A stretch of 51,323 nt of DNA, counting the filler, from Catajapyx aquilonaris (taxonomy: Eukaryota), in assembly GCA_000934665.2 (NCBI GenBank). It is 2 parts of 2 records of this genome, joined end to end, with 100 filler letters (N's around TTAATTAATTAA, not from the genome) between each part and the next. Parts side by side here need not be neighbours in the genome. Positions count along the whole stretch, not along the records: positions 25,767 to 51,323 come from JYFJ02005343.1; 1 more part is not named here. One strand, 5' to 3'. Below the pieces are notes generated by a model. The model was not told the origin of the DNA, did no database searches, and was given only the letters and a program-made list of their open reading frames with translations. Every line of letters begins with the position of its first letter. The first letter of the stretch is position 1. Below are positions 49,604-51,323 of the stretch, piece after piece. The position numbers and the translations under genes were made by a program.

Positions 49604-50559
49604 AACCTGCACGGTGCTGCCTTGGTGCCGCTTTTTTATAGCCAACTATAGCTGACCTTGTGGAGGTCGAGCCAGAGTTGGTCGACTCTAGCCTTGAATG
49701 CTTCTGACGGGAAATGAGACAAGGACAGGATTGGTTTGGAGGCCGATGCGAGTCAGGGGACATTTGTCTGTGAGATGAAGCCAGCAGGGCATGGCATGCC
49801 TGCCGGCTCACCATACTTCTTTTGGGCCTCGTGCTTCTTCCTGTAGAACCCTATTCAAAGTGAACAACTATTATTACTGAGAGGATATCTGCACAAGTCC
49901 ATTCTCATATCATGACGGAGAGACTAGATTACTATACTATGTACCAGGACATTTTGCAAAGTCTTCTAGACATGTGTCTGGATATTGCCAGATGAGTTAA
50001 GATATTGCTGCTCTTGTATGTAACCATCGAAATTTTGCTAATATTTGACAATATCTTTTCATGTTTTCTCGCAGAAATTATTTTGGTACATTGAGTTGAG
50101 TCTAGATCTCCTTCAAGAATAATAGAAAGCAGCAGTTGAGCAATACTGTTTTGCCTGCGGAAGTTGCAAGTAAAGCACACTAAAGCCTCAATGGGCTAAT
50201 TAATCCTAGACCATCAACAATTTGACTGCAACCACTCATGGCCACTAAAGAGCAAGCTGCCAGAAATGTTAGGGAAAAGTTATCAATTTTCTTGTAATAA
50301 TATTTTTGAAAAACATTTATTTCATTTGGAACTGCATTGACAAGACAGGAATGGCTTGTGAACTCTGCCATTCCTAATGATATTGTGCCCATTACTGAAA
50401 TTCAAACTATCATTACCAAGCCTAGTGACTCGACCATTAAGTATGGTCTGTTCTATCAAAGCTGCCCATTTAGCCCTCGTAGTCACATATAAGGGCCAGT
50501 TTGACACTTACTTAGCTGATCCCACCACCACACAGCTTCTAGTGCATTGCCATGGATTG

Positions 50560-51000
50560 TTCGGCAGGGCAAATACTTTGCACTTGTCATGCCACTTCAC
50601 ACATGTGACATTGCCACATGATCGGAAAATCGCTTTCCATGCTGAAGTAAAGCTGTGCATCCTCTTCCTTCAAGTGTGGTGCAAAGTTCTTCACTTTGGT
50701 CTGACGGTACCACACAGCCATGATTCGGAAGTTCTAGAACCAACTCTGGTGAAGTTTAAAAATTGTCCATATACATGTGATAATTTACACGTGATAAAGC
50801 AGTAATTTTGTGCCAAATTCTTAACTACTCGGGAAGCCAATCCATGCTCCGGCTTGACATATTTTTTTTACTGTGTACATTTTAAAATTTAATAAGTAAC
50901 CAGTTGCTGAATCTGCTGACTATTGGTCGCCTCTCAAACTCCCCATGGCAATTACCAAACCAATAAACACCACCATCTGTTCATACGTCACAATCATGCA
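50560..51000 (-). mobile_element. Decayed piggyBac transposase remnant with internal deletion
   Basis: VTYEQMVVFIGLVIAMG, ADSATGYLLNFKMYT, HGLASRVVKNL, YMDNF*TSP, CGTVRP, VKWHDK in piggyBac order, broken by stops and frameshifts. Confidence 0.8.
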
Positions 51001-51323
51001 ACCATGCAAAGTCCTTGGATGGACCAGAAGTGGGGCCCAACCCAATGGATTTGGCATACATTTTAGCCCAGGTGGTGGTGCTGGATCTGCTGCCACTGGT
51101 AGTTTAACCATGGCAGGCATATCTTAGTTGTAACAAAATTGTCTTGGGACCTGCTACTCCTTCTCCGCTTTGATGACATTACATTGGCATATGCAGCAGT
51201 AAGAAGGTAATCCAGAGAGGGAGTAGTGTCATCAACTAAACGTGATTAACCCAAGTCAGTTGACGTTAAAGTTTTCCAATTACCCAAGCCACCAGAAATG
51301 ATACAGACAAGTGTTCACAGTAT

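Noticed and set aside
45040..49604. Numerous plus-strand ORFs opposite the LINE
   Set aside because: Antisense shadows of a GC-rich coding strand with no recognisable domains.
49850..50500. Fragmentary Cys-containing frames (CQCSSK*NKCFSKI) between LINE and piggyBac
   Set aside because: Possibly another decayed transposon but too broken to assign from sequence alone.

Overview
Gene-dense eukaryotic (invertebrate, most likely arthropod) genomic DNA with many 50-70 nt spliceosomal introns. A 100-nt N gap containing the artificial stop-in-all-frames linker TTAATTAATTAA (25667-25766) splits the window, so the two halves may not be truly adjacent. Left half: NDUFS6, an uncharacterised Cys-motif protein, a CCDC66/CSPP1-like gene, a single-pass Lys-rich metadherin(LYRIC)-like gene, OSER1, CIAO2B, OXA1L and the 5' end of SLC7A6OS/Iwr1, interspersed with minisatellites, several MITEs and an RTE LINE fragment. 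Right half: a 13-finger C2H2 gene built by tandem exon+intron duplication and fused to a Mutator-like transposase remnant lacking its catalytic core, a GT10 alpha-1,3-fucosyltransferase, an uncharacterised DxD type II membrane protein, BOLA1, and a transposon nest (YqaJ-exonuclease DNA transposon remnant, a 5'-intact/3'-truncated I-group LINE, piggyBac remnant). All exon models were derived by hand from splice signals and reading frame; family assignments are from recalled motifs, not database searches.
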